A stretch of DNA of 63,734 nt, filler included, from Choristocarpus tenellus KU-1152 (Eukaryota > Protista > Phaeophyceae), in NCBI GenBank assembly GCA_964200185.2. It is 12 parts of 12 records of this genome, joined end to end, with 100 filler letters (N's around TTAATTAATTAA, not from the genome) between each part and the next. Parts side by side here need not be neighbours in the genome. Positions count along the whole stretch, not along the records: positions 23,168 to 41,326 come from CAXNAD020000577.1; 11 more parts are not named here. One strand, given 5' to 3'. This document shows, piece by piece, positions 24,897 through 38,323 of this stretch. The first letter of the stretch is position 1, and each line of letters begins with the position of its first letter. The notes beneath the pieces were generated by a model. The model had not been told where the DNA came from. It searched no databases and worked only from the letters and a program-made list of their open reading frames with translations. The translations under genes were made by a program, and so were the position numbers.

Positions 24897-26419
24897 ACAA
24901 CCCAAAATATTGTTTTTGTTGTGTTTTTGATGCTACTGGGACCGAAGTGTGTCCTTTTAATGACGCCACTAAATTTTTTTGTAAACCCAAAGTTTGAAAA
25001 ACATTTGCCTTGTCTGTGTTTCACGTTGAGCAAACTGAACAGATTTGATGCATTTGCAATGAAAACTCCATCATCCCCTCAGTGATTCAAAATTGGTTGT
25101 TACATTGGGTGAGGGGGAGGGGAAGGGACGCTGCTTTTCTGTTAGTATTTTGAGTAATTTCAGGTAGGTGGTGATAGTATACGCTATTATTTGTATCAGA
25201 GTATGGGATGACTGCATCTTGTAGGTGAATGGGTGTAAGTGGGGCGGTGTTAACGTTTATGAATGGATTGCTAGTAGTTACGTCCAATACAGTTGCACGA
25301 GTTATTGGAACGCATTGCTGTGACCATAATAATCTTGTATGCCGATGTACTATAGTTAGTGGTGTACTAATACCTCTATAATTGAGTGAGAACACATACC
25401 ATGGGTAGGGAGATGGGAAACCAATTCACATCATTCAGTTGAACACAACAAACTTCAATTATCAGAAAATCGATCGGTCATAATGCTGGCAGATGGTGAC
25501 ATTTTTCTCTTTAATCTCCACAAAATGGAGAAAAAGGGATGTACACACACTTCTACTTCACGTCAGCATGAGTCATATTTGATTGGGGTGCTTGCTAGGA
25601 GAGAAACCTCCTGTCGCGAAATATGCCCATCTTGTTCCACCCCGGAAAAATAAATTGCCTTCGAAATTTCAGTCTCAGTCTCAGTCTGTTCTTTCAAAAG
25701 ACCATAGTCTTCTTCGAATGATCCACATGTTTGACAGAGCAAGTAATCAAGTAATTGACATGCGATCCAATCAGTAGTAGCATCAATACTTCCTGTTTCT
25801 ACCTCATAAGTAACAGAGAATTACACCTTTTCTCCACCTTCAACTTCTTTCTTTACAACAAAAAAAATAGTTGATACTCCACAATACAACTACTACAACC
25901 CAACCTTCTGTATGCCACCATTACCTCCTCACAATGCATTTGGACCTGCTTTTTACATTCAGCTATATTCTGCAACTCCTCTAATATATGTGTGTAGCAT
26001 CCAACCAGAGACCTATAGTATCCTAGAGGGGGGTCAAGCGTCCACTGGGGGCTTGTGTGAACCTGTAGTAATTTCTGTGTCATATGAGTGAATGTGTCAG
26101 ATTTAAGGGCAACTTTCTTCATCTGAACGCACCTTCCTTTTCCATTGTCTTCCCTGAACCCAATTCGAAGTAAAGCCGCCAACAAAAGGGGTGTCAAACT
26201 GGGGCATCTAACAACACCTCATCAAGTCCCGAATTGGACAACTTGGGATAGACACATACCCCTCCCTCTCTAGGATACCATAGCCCAGACTCACTGCACT
26301 CAACACTACTGGCTAGTGCCTGAGAGCTCATTTTCCCCCTTCGATTAATCGCAATCCAACAACAATGATGCAGCTAGCTGCATTCAAAACCCAGGCGAGG
26401 GATTCCCTCTTCTTCTTGA

Positions 26420-29400
26420 TCACGGTGACAACAGTGCATTGAATACAGATTGCACAGCAGGGCAGCACGAGTGGATGTCTGCAACTACAGAATCCTGGAC
26501 CACCTCTACAAGAGACAGCACTTCCCCAGTCAGTTCCATCGCTTTTCTTAGACTGACTCTTTCACTGTCCTTTTCACCACCCAACAATGATGAGTGATCT
26601 TTCCAGTGAGTTTGAATTGATGTATCACCTACCTTTTCCATGGTCCTGTCCCTCTGGATGGCAGCATCACATGCCTCTTGGATTTTGTCTATGAGTGACT
26701 GTGCCCTTATCTTCAAAGAGTTCACGGCTCCCTCAAAACGAGCCGGAGGTTGCTCTGCTAGGGTCTCCAGCAGGTTTGAGACCGTGTAAGTTGTGTGGTA
26801 GCTAATTGCTTTAATGCCCAACTGAGACTCTAGCCCAAAAGGCAGGCCTGGTCCACCTGAGCAAGCCCCAAGGACAACCTGTAGGACTTGTAATGCACAG
26901 CACATATGATCCAGTTGTTCTGCTGGCCCTCTAAGCATGCAGGCAATCTCTTCATGGACAGCACCAGCGTCCTTGATTATATTTTCATTCCATCCCACAA
27001 CTAGATCCGTAATTGGGGGTAGTGATTCACTACTTCCCCTGTCTCTTTTTCCCCCCTCTTGTTCCTCTTCCCAGTTCTTCCTGTCTACCTCTTTTACTCT
27101 TTGCTCTGGATATTTCTTCTGCCCCTGTTCTTCTATTGGTTCAATGTCATTTTGACCTTGATCAGCAACATGTCTTGCTCCCTTGACCTCCCCCAGCCTC
27201 ATATTCTGTAGTCTCAGTAACCTCCTGTAACCCTCCAGGTAATCTAGCCGACCCACTGCGTCCCTAACAGACGCTTGTAGGGTTTCAGCATGCAACTTGG
27301 CGGCGTTCAACTCATTGAGGCCAGCTAGGTACGTAGCAACCCTTCTAGCTGCTTCACCTGTACCATACACAGGCTCAAAGAAAAGTTCACGACTCATTGC
27401 CGCAGTCCCTTCAATATTCTGGCTCTGAGTTGATCTGCCTGCACCTTCCTGCACCAACACTAGCCGAAGAAGCAGGGGAACAAGTGGCTTTGCACCTCCT
27501 TGTGGCTCTGCATCAGTGTACCTGAAGCTGCTCAGGGCATGAAGCACCAATTGCTGTGGTGCAAGTCGGCTCAGTGATCGTAGGATGTCATCTTTACCCT
27601 CTAACAGTTGCTTGAGGGGAAATCGATCCTCAGTACCCTCTGTGACACCTCCGCCTGTACCGATTCCACGGCCTCCTTCCCCACTTCTGCCGTTGCCACT
27701 AATATTGCAACTGAAAGCATACCACTCACCTACAGGTATCTTTTTTGTGGCCATTCCGATCACAACCAAGTCAGTGTGATTGTTAGCAGCGGTGGCAAAG
27801 TGGACACAAAATTGGGAGAAGTATTGGTACACTTCAAGTCCTCCTTGACGATTGACTTCATAGAAGCAGGGAACCACTACCTCCAGCTCAGAAGGGGTCG
27901 TGTGAGGTGTATAGGCTCCAAGCATTTGAGATACACCACAGATGCCGGTGCCCACTTCAACCAAAATGCAACTATCATCATCCCTCAACTGAATCTTCTC
28001 TTTTGCCAAGGTTACAATGTTGGGTAAAGATGCAAGGAGTGAAAGCGCCACATTGGGATCAACAATCCTCAGGGCAGACCTTGACCCAAACACAGCTCCT
28101 CGTGAAGAGGATCCCTTTTCTACACCACAAGGCAAAGTCAGCACATCTGCATGCCAGAAGTTTCTGTCCCTAACTCCCTGACTATCCTTGTGCATACCGT
28201 GTGCAAGGTTGTGTAGGGGTGCTATCACCGAATAGGTGCATGCTTCTCGGGGAACCCATGCCAAAGGCGAGTCGAATCCTCGAAACAACAACTGCCTCAT
28301 TGCCCACTGGGCAAGACTGTGGGTGATGATTGGAAATGGATTGGGAATTAGAGCTGATGTCACAACCCCTGCAAGAACTTCATGAAGACACTGGTCAAGG
28401 CGGTTGTCCGTAACATACTGAAGGAGCGTGGACTCAATGGCAATTACTTCACGGGTGGCATCTTCTCTTAATGTCTTCAAGACTGCAGCCTTGATTGATA
28501 CACCTCTTGATGTGGAGGTGCCAAACTTATTGGATCCAGTCTGTGCACGGTGAGTTGTTCTGTGAGAAGTGGCCTTACCCTTGCCTCTCCAACGGTCAAG
28601 GAGTCTTCCTGGCCTTGTTTTGGTTGTGTGATCCACTGCTGCTGTTCCCAATTGGTTTTCAGCAGCTTCCTCCAACCACTCTTGCTGCAATCCCAAAAGA
28701 GACTGTGTTGTTGGTACCTGGAGTACAGTGAGAGGCTGGTGTCTACTGGCCATTCCTAGCCCCGGCACTACTTTCAATGGGTTATGGTGTGTAAATCCAC
28801 CAGGGTTCTGGGCTTTATGTATGGCATGTACCCTAGCACACACCTTTCCTATGTCCCAGGAAAGGGACAAATCTACACAGTGAAGCCAGGCGCTCAGCCA
28901 GCCCAGTCTTTTGTCTAATGACCGGGCTGCAATGTTGAAACCATCTCTCCCCTGACCAATCCCCTGACTAATGGTGTTCCCACATTTGTGCCAATGAGGC
29001 AATGGTAGCTTAAGAGCCTTTGCCTCAATGTTGGTAATCACTGATAGCACCAAGTTTACCTTCTTCTTGAGAACCATGACATCGGAATGGTGGTCACTTT
29101 CGAGATAAAGAAGGACATCTTTCCTCCAGGCCCAGAATGCAAGGTGCAATTTCCGTAACCAGACTTGAAAAATCTGTTCCGTACATTTGTGCCCTTCCCC
29201 TTGCTTTGCCGTGTCTCGCATCTCTTCCTTCTTGTTCTTGTTCCTAACCTCTTTGTCCTCCTTGTCTCCTCCTCTTTCTCCGTTCGTGACCTGATTTCTA
29301 TCCCTCCTGCTTTCCTCCTCATTCAAGGTTGGTCCCAGGTCAAGCACAGGTGCAGGTGTCCTCAACAGAGGTAATTCTTCACCATTCACCCACTTGACCA

Positions 29401-32118
29401 GCTTCCCTAGCACAATACGGATAAGCTCACAAGTGTTTCTAAGAGACCGGTGGCGTACCCCTGCCCCCCTTGTGACCCTTGCAACATCTACCAGAGCCTT
29501 GTGAGGTGTGGAGTCTGATCTCTTTTTGTGTTCTTGTACTGAAGCCAGCAAGGCTAGGGGAAGTAGAGCCATGTGTGTGTCCAGGGTATCTCCTCGTGCT
29601 TTTGCCTGCTCTACTGTTCTCGCCAGCATCTTCTGCGCATGTGGTATCCCATCTGAGGCAAATGACAACCCTTGCTGACGACAGAACTCCCCATACCCCT
29701 CAGCTTCAGAACGAGAAAAGAAAATGCCTGTGGCCAACTGGTCGAAAGGGTAACGGGTAAATGACCTGGCGCGATGGGCACCTCTGTAGTGAAGGACAAA
29801 TCGACGCTTTACACGCAAGAGGGCACCGCCAAGGTCCTGGGAGAAGCCCTGTGGAGAGACAAGGATATACTCCATGGTGATCTCTGGGTGCATGTGGATA
29901 ACAGCTTTGACCTCTGATGCGAAGTAGGCAGGGTCGCAGTGGATACAATGTGCAGCCCACTCCTGCCTATTGAAAGCATTAGACCCTTGCCGTCTGCAGG
30001 AATGCGAGCACTAAATGATTACGAATCAATCTGATTGGGGGGGTTGAGGGCACGGTACAAAAATGGCAATTCACACCAACAAAAATAGCCAGTTTCTTGC
30101 ATTATGCCTAAATGATATATCCACGCTGCAAGCACCCTCCCCACCCTGTCAAGGCTAGCATGGACTAGGGTTGGGGTAACGATGATTGTGCGTAAGGTGA
30201 CCACTCGGTGGCTATGCCTACACAATGATTATTGTAACAACTATTGACAAGAGCAAACATTGGACGAATCACTTGGGAAATTTGATAAAACACAAGGCTG
30301 GTGCCATTGCAAGATTTGACTCCAAAAGAAAAAAAGGATGCTGGTATGGTATCCAGAGCAACCCAGGCAGTCATCCATATACATACATATATGTATCTCT
30401 CACAGCACTGTGATGGTAAAACCCAGGGAAAAGTATGCCTGAGGGATGTCCGATTTTTCCGGTAGCTTCAAAATTCCCCTATTGGGATCACAAATCTCTG
30501 TATCACACTTGGAGGGGTCGTAAAAATGGCGAACTATAAAACACCATTCCTATAACAAAGAGGAATATTTCAAGCCATCTAAAATAGAATGACACAGCAA
30601 GTAGTGGGTGAAAAATTGTCTGAGGCATGCCTGATTCTCAAGTGAGAACAAGTATCATCTCTGGTGGTCGAGGGGTGTCTGGGAGCGTAAGCTGTGGCCT
30701 TTGTTGGGTGTAGAGCTGTCCACTATTGATGTTCCCATACCTGGGTTAACAGATTTCACAATTCGTGACTTTGCTACTTGCGACAAACGTCAGAGCTCCC
30801 TTTCATAGCTCTGTAGAAACCCTTTGTGCGAAAAATAGCTGTTCAGCTGCTAATCCCAACCAGTAGCCCTTACAGTACCATTGTTTTACCTTGGAGTCTC
30901 CACAGCAATAGTCAAGAGTAGGATCTGGTCATTGCCTTCTGCAGCAAACAAGTCGCTGAGAACCACCTCCAAGAAGTGGTCCACTACTGCCCCCTCGAAG
31001 TTCTTGGAACTAACTTCCACATTTACTGTCACTTGCATCTCACCCACACCACCTCTTAAATATAATGGGAAGTGAGGGAGGAGGAAAGACAGGAAGATCG
31101 TTACACTCGTTAAAAAGTGGTATAATCATACATTATCATGTATCGCTTTTCTTACGTCAAATGAGGAGGATCATTTGATACAACATTCAATTCATGACTT
31201 GAGTGAGTGAGTGATGCTTGTTCCGCAGAATATGGAATCTAGCACCAATGGACAAGTGATTGCACCTGCCCATACCCTCCCCCTATTCCTGTCAGTAGAT
31301 GAATATATTGAGGTTTGGCATTGGACAAGTCGAGTAATGTCATGGATATGAACGGGAAAAACGTGTGAGTACCTGATCAGCTTTCCTGAGAGCGCTGCTG
31401 GGCTGTCAAGGCTGATCCAAACACAGAGTGAATAGTCACTCTTGACAGTGGTCATTAGCGCTGCTTTCAGTAGATTCTCGTTTGAATGCACAATTTCCTT
31501 CACTCTCATCAGGTGCGAGCAATCCACCATTTTCATGACATGAGGTAAACCCCAGACGCCCTGTGAACCTCGAGCACAAGTAACCCCCGAAAGCTCTGGT
31601 GATACTTCAAGCGCATTAGTGAATCCATCAAAGGTAACTGCATCATCTTCTAAGCTGCTGAATACTGGAAAGTGTAACATTAGAAGGGAAATTAGAGGGA
31701 GAACACGATAGCAAGTGGTAGCCAGGGCATATATAGAGATATTAACATATCCATAAAGGACGCAAGAAATCGAGAAATATATAAAAGTCAGCATTGCAGC
31801 CTTGACAAATACTGGAGGGTGACAGCGATAATGCTGCTTCCCTACCGTTCTGCTGCTCTTCTATTCGGAAGCGCCGAAGGAGTTCGGGATAGGGAGAATT
31901 GGGGAGCTCCGCAAGTGACAGAAGATCATTAAAGTATCCGTTAATGACTTTCTCCAACCCAGTATCCTGGTCCAGACAAAAGTGTTGAGAGAGGAAAAAA
32001 TGACAAGGTTATCATCCTTGTGAGTTGATATCTGCATTTGATTCGGCCTGCTAATCAACTCGATGCTCAACTACACCTTTCCACTATTCACCTCCAGGTA
32101 CTTTCTGACAACATCCAT
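26420..32118 (-). CDS. Uncharacterised ~1390-aa protein with two Dpy-30/RIIa-like motifs; exons 32118-32092, 31966-31846, 31664-31373, 31054-30890, 29993-26420
   Basis: The 1157-aa ORF stays open up to a CTGCAG acceptor at 29994. Four upstream GT-AG exons join in phase from MDVVRKYLE|DTGLEKVINGYFNDLLSLAELPNSPYPELL. Confidence 0.8.
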
Positions 32119-32464
32119 CCTCTTGAAGAGTGCATACAGATGTAGATAATGGACACTGCCACTTCGGTAGGGGACATGCAATGACCCCCCTCAATCAAGC
32201 AGTGTTCAGGATTTCAATATCATCGTGTCATTAACGCATGAAATGATACCAGTGTAAGTCAGTTGTCCTGTGAACAGTTGACGAACAGGTCATTTCTGAT
32301 GGTGTTGGTAATGAGAGATTTTCTAAGGTTTAGGAGTTTCGATTATATTGATTCATGTAAGAAAGTATCCAAACTCCTCAGTCTCATGGAACTCCCTTAT
32401 TCCAGTTGAAAGTCTAACATCAATCTAACACATAAATGTTTGGGTTCCGGGTGATGTTGAAAAG
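32119..32464. promoter_or_regulatory. Putative bidirectional promoter region
   Basis: 346 bp between divergent start codons at 32118 (-) and 32465 (+). No motif identified. Confidence 0.4.
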
Positions 32465-33485
32465 ATGTTGAATTGGTTGAGGGTTTTCTTCATTGTTTTG
32501 AACGTGCGGGGTGCAATTTCCTTCGTGCATCAGCATTCGCACAGACGACAGACCTGCATGATGACGACGAGGAGAACTCCTGAAGAGGAAAGGGGTGGAA
32601 GCTTGCGCTTCATCACTAACAAGATGTGCCCCTATGCACAGAGTGAGTTCCGACCAGAAAGCAGGGGGCCACTTATAGTCCTTTGCAGTACATGGTTAGG
32701 ATTTCTGATATGTAAGCCTAAGGTATGACATTGCGAGATCTGACTTCTCTTGCTGTGAGTCTCCTATCTTTGTGGACTGCGTTGACTGTCAAGACATTAC
32801 AAACTACCATATCGAAATCATGCAGGGACTTGGATAGCTCTGGAGGAGTCTGGAACAACGTATGAGATGGTGGAAATACCGCTTTATGGTGCAGGAGGTG
32901 AGGGAATTAGGATGTTGACTTTTTTTTACTTCGATGCATTCAACCCTCAATGAAGAGTATGCTGCATCTCTTGCTTGGTGACCCTAATTGTGGACGAACC
33001 TGTCCGGTCCAGGTAAGCCTGACTGGTTTATGAAGCTCAACCCTAAGGGAGAGGTCCCCGTCCTTGCTGGCGGAATGGCTGGCTCGGCCATCATTGGCTC
33101 AGAGGAAACGGTCGATCACCTCATGCCCATTGATGCCACTCAACTAACGGCCAAGACTGCTCAGAGGTGGAGGCGTCTAATAAATGAGAGCTTGAAGCCT
33201 GCGGGGAAAAGTTCAGTTTTCTCAAACGGAGCAAAAACAGAGCTCTCGCGTCTAGAGACTGTATTGAAGGACCTGGATAATGAGTTGAGTGTTCACCCAG
33301 GACCGTTTGTCTGTGGCGATTACTTCACTGGAGCTGATGCATCTGCCTTCCCCTTTTTGCAGCGTGTGCAAGGTGAGTTTGGCTTCCCTGCAGACTGCAA
33401 GGGACTGGAGGAATGGTACAAGGCTGCATCATGCCGTCCCTCAGTGAAGAAGACAATCCAGAGAAACTTTTGGTGGTGGTGGTGA
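32465..33485 (+). CDS. Cys-type glutathione S-transferase (omega/DHAR/lambda-like) with bipartite plastid-type presequence; exons 32465-32642, 32826-32897, 33013-33485
   Basis: Spliced NKMCPYAQRTWIALEE..KPDWFMKLNPKGEVPVL..GPFVCGDYFTGADASAFPFLQR shows the CPYA site, cis-Pro VP and N-cap Asp. N-terminus is hydrophobic, then AIS-F, then an R/T/S-rich stretch. Confidence 0.92.
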
Positions 33486-33862
33486 CATAAAAGGTTGAAA
33501 TTCCTGTTCAAATTTTGTTGGCAGGTAATACTGTATGGAATATCACATTCACTTAACTTGAGAGTGCATAAGAATCTGTTCTTCCAAGGGTGTGAAGTAG
33601 GGCAACACAGTTAGCTTATGAGAGCTTAATCGTATGTGTGGAAGCACTGCTTTGTGCGGTACATCCTAGGCTTCAAGTAATGGTTGTCGCGTATCGCTAC
33701 AGGGCACTACAGTACGGTAGAAATCTTGTTCACGGTAAATATAGTAGAGGAGTAAGAAACAGAGGGCGTAAAGACACTGTATACCCAAAGGACAGGAAAA
33801 GATTGTGCTGTAAGCTTGCCAGTGTTGAAGAACTTTGGAACCCCAGTAGCCATTTTTGTCCT

Positions 33863-36800
33863 TTATACACTCCGTTGGTTATCAAGTTCCCTAGGTTGGC
33901 ATTGTGTTTTTTCCACCAGCGTTTTCAAGACCTCTGGGGAGGTGAGAGAGTCGACCAAAGCTCGTACAGAGAATGCTGTACCTCCCTTCCCTTGCACTTC
34001 CCTTTCCTCATTGCAGCCTTCTGATGCGTGCTTGTTGCTGTTGTCCTCTGGCACACCTGACGTGTTTCAAAGAAAAATAGTGAGGGGGGTGGACTAAAGG
34101 TGGATGTACAACAATAAACATATGATACACTTCACTCTTCAAACGCATAAATCCATTTGTTGGTGACTTAGACATAAAGGCAAATGTGGTCTTGAGACTT
34201 GATCAGCAACTCTGTCTTGGTACCCACAATTTCAGCAAAGTCAACACTGCCTAAAGTTGATCTTGCCACCCTACCTTCTGTGAAACTGTAATCTGTAATC
34301 TGCATCCTTCAAAAGATTTGCCCTCAGCACTGGGAAGGCATTCTCCTCAAGGGATCTACCAAATTTTAGGATAGGTAAGTGACACTACTTACAAGTGGAT
34401 CAGATTACACTTGAGTGAATCTCTACTAAACTCTACAATGTTTGTCAGAGTAGAATCAAATCCCAATGTGTTCGAAAAGGAGAAGAAATTTCAATATGTA
34501 CTACCTAAGCACCATGTCAAAACACTTCGGTAAGCACTAAGCATGCACAGGGAACAACAATGCATCTCATTCCATGCATTATATGACACATAGATTGCAC
34601 TGGAAATAGGTCACCTTTTGAATATCCGTTTGATACAGAGAGCAGTATCGCCAGAGCAAATATATCTGTCCATGGTGACACACATCTTTCAAGCCTAGCG
34701 GGAACATGCCCACAACTGAAGAAACATCATTGTTGAACTCTACACATCCTTTCCAACAACATTACTGAAACATCTGATGCGATACATCTGTCCAATGACT
34801 AAACCATGATCGGGAGAGGTGCCGCAATGTTGTTTCTATGATAGATTCCACCCTATTGAACAAGAAAGTCCCATATTTTCACTCAATACCATGAAACATA
34901 AAAAAACTTAACAAAGCGTACACAATTGAGAAATTAGGATGCTACTTGTTCGTGAATCCAAGCCCAGAAGCAATATAAAAGCCAGGTAAAGAAAGCAGAA
35001 GGGGAAAGTCAGCAACACCCTCAAGGTGTGCAAGAACCTGTAGACATTAGGTCACTTTGGTGCGCCATACACCATCTCATAGACCCCTCAATTTTCCAGT
35101 TGTGTGAAAATAAATATAAATATATGGATTTCCCAGACTATTGAGAGGCTTGCTGCCCACAAGGCCCTACTTCTTTCAATGATAGATACTATCCTGCCCT
35201 GTAAACCCCACTGTTTGTGGCCTCACTCACATTTGCCAGTGACCCCAAGACGCTGGAAGGCTGCTTCAGCCACTGCAAGCGTCTCACCCAAAGGCCAAAT
35301 TTCCTCTGTAGGATTCAGCCAGGATGGGCCTATCTGAGGTGCAGCAGGAGGAGAGGTTAATCTCCCATTAAATTAGTGTAACCACAAAGTAAATCTCTCA
35401 GTAGACTACTCATTGCCACATACACATAAAAACCACCAAGTTTCTGACATAGTCGAACTAAGTCTCTCAACTCCCTCACACAGTGCAATTTAGTACCCAT
35501 AAAGACCCATCAGTTAATGGTATGCAATCTGCCCAATTGTAGTTCGATTTCCTGGGCCTGCCATCCAGGACTAAAAAAACCCCTCTACAGGGTCCAACCA
35601 TGAAAATGTTTACATTCTATTGGTGGAAAGCATTTCATGTTGGATACACAAGCCCTAACTAACATAGGGTGGTAACAAACACAAAGCTCGAATATCTTCA
35701 TGTTAAGACAAACATAACTATAATTCACATGACCAGTAACCAGACAGGAGTTGGAAACTGCTCCATCACCAGCCCCCATCCACCCCAAAAAAGTATTTCT
35801 GGAAATCACACTATCCAACACACTCTTCCAGAGAGTTCCAATCGTCCCAGATAACCACCGAAGACATAGAGAGATACTGAAAACAGAAAGAAGTTGGGAG
35901 GCACAAGAAACAAGATTTAGACCTCAATCAACAGCAAACTTGTACTAGGCACAAACTATGAGAGTATGCTGTCTCTTCCCCTAACCCTTGCCTCCGACCA
36001 CACTCTCCGCACATTTTTTCTTACTTACCTCACCCGCCAGCCCTTCTGCAAGAGAGGTCACCAATACCCGTGCTATTGCCTCCCTTGCACGGTCATTGTC
36101 ATCACCTGGGGCATTTCTCCAGACATTGACACTCAAAGATGTCTCTTCAGCCTCCACAAAATGCCACCAGTGCTTGGGGACATACAACGCATCCCCTGCT
36201 GTAAGAGTTATCACCATGGGCCCGGCCTTAGCAAAGAGTGGGAACCTGAGTGAACATGAGATAGAAGAGTGAGGGTGGAGGGTTGGGGGAATGAAGGTGA
36301 GAGTTGCAAAATAAGTAGTGTGAAGTTGGGGTGAGAGTATCAATAAAAGGACAGGTATTAGAGGCTAATGCTGCTACAGGTATCAATGCAATGCTTGCTG
36401 CAATAGAAAAGCATTGGGAACTATCAGCTTTTGGTAGCTCATTATACCCATGGGTCAATGGGTGAGAGTCATGCACGCTCTATGTACTTTACAATTACTG
36501 AGAAGAGGATGGAAGAAGTGATGCCAGTCAACACGAGGACTTAGTTAACAACCAAGTTCAGTATACTACTCAAATCTCATGGGTAGACTACAAAGAACAG
36601 GATGAATAGTGCTCATTGGTGCTTGAACCCTTGAACCAACATGTAAAGGGGAGTAATTGTTCTATTGTTAAGCTGGAACAACTGAATAATTGATTCGTAG
36701 GACAGCGGCACTCTTGGAAATCTAAGTGATGGATTCTGATATAAGTGGACATCCGATCAACATCGGAGGATATGCACTTGCCGTGTGAGGTCCGGCTTCC

Positions 36801-37933
36801 TAACATCGACCTGGCTGAAGACGCTACTCTCTTCGTAAGGAACTCTCGTGGGATATAGGCTGTCAGTGTCGCCAGGGGGATAGAGTGTCCACCTCTTCGT
36901 GCCGTGAAGCTGGGCCACCTGCATGGGGTTGGTCTGATCAAGTTCCTAGAAAAAGCACGCGGTCCACATGTTTTCAGACTTTCAAACTATCCTATGTACA
37001 CAAACAAGGAGCATCGGCTCCCTGGGCGCTAGCGCACACACCAGATTAACGCCATAGGTGTCATGGTGGAGTGGCGTATGGGAACCCTCTGAGCCCAGCC
37101 AAAAAGTTGAATCTCCCACACCCTTATCACATCCAAGGTCTCTCCAGTTGACAAGGGAGCCAAGTATATCCAACCTGTCACCAGCAAGCTCCTGCAACAG
37201 GGTAAGGGATGGAGTTTCAAAGACGGCCGGCCACACACTTGAATAGGAAATAATAAAGAGGGCGTTGCAACTAGGTAACTAGCTACGAAGAGGGATACCA
37301 GAACTTCGAAAATACCTGAGGATTTATTTCAGAGAATGAGCGCAAGAGCTTTCCCACTGACCTTGATGTGTTTATAGTCAGCATATGCCCAGTGCCCCTC
37401 ACTGTGATAGGGACAAGAATCCATGGCAACGAGAGGGGGATTGGCCAAAGAGGAGCCAAGGGAATCGACTTGTGAGAAGGCTTATTTGTATGTAAATAGA
37501 AGTGGGGAAACGAGAAATCCCATCCACTCTCCGCACCGGTCAAAAGGTGTGAATGGGTTCCCCTCACTCAAATCAGCACCAGGTATTGTCCGCTCCCACT
37601 CATAAAAGTGCCCCAGGGATGCATCCAAGAAGAAACACTCAGACTCCCAGACAGATATCGAACCGTGCGGGTGAACGCGCCATGTCGTCAGAAGCTCAGC
37701 AGCACGAAGATCCTGACCATAGAGACAATAGCGTGAGAGAGATCACTACAGACATCAGATCAGGTCGATCAACTACGACGAATCAAATCATTGTGAACTA
37801 GGATGAGGTTTCTTATCATTCCCACTCAAACCTTGACGAAATTCATGCCAGTCCACCCTTCAGTCGCACCCCGCAGCACAACCGGCGATTGTGCCTCCTG
37901 TAGGGTGACATAGTTTGGACGACATTTGTCCAT
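33863..37933 (-). CDS. HSPBAP1: HSPBAP1-like JmjC protein; exons 37933-37832, 37712-37537, 37401-37362, 37191-37042, 36918-36782, 36245-36029, 35333-35231, 34056-33863
   Basis: Eight phase-compatible exons give WAYADYK, STFWLGSEGSHTPLHHDTYGVNLVAQLHGTKRW, LYPTRVPYEESSVFS, LYVPKHWWHFVE and WLNPTEE, all recognisable HSPBAP1 blocks. HxD..H triad intact. Confidence 0.92.
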
Positions 37934-38323
37934 AAGGAGTCTTTCTTGGTTTCAGGTTTTGACATCCTATTTCATTTCCAATATATTGGGAAAGAGGCGT
38001 GTACTTTGGTCTGTATCTCATATTTGAAATACTGAATACTTCATATTTAAATACTTAATACTTAATCATGGAACTCCAATATGTACACTTGTGTTGATAT
38101 CCGAAAAACGATATACAAGAGTTGTAGGTGTTGGTTGGGGTCTGGTTGGTGGTGGTTGGATTTTGCTACAGAAATTATCCCAGGTCCCTAGGGAAGATAG
38201 GCAAGAGAGTTTAGCGGGTCAGCTTGCCGAAAGTCACCTACCACCTTACCATCTGATTATTCTCCCAGTTATCATACCACTTTTGGAAGGAGCTGCTAAC
38301 ACTCTGACTTCAGGTCACTTTCG
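37934..38323. promoter_or_regulatory. Putative bidirectional promoter region
   Basis: 390 bp between divergent start codons at 37933 (-) and 38324 (+). Confidence 0.4.

Noticed and set aside
25853-26197. 114-aa ORF downstream of the large gene
   Set aside because: No ATG start or splice link; probably 3' UTR or intergenic.
30640-30740. Extra exon for the large minus-strand gene
   Set aside because: No good donor before the stop; the flanking exons already join in phase.
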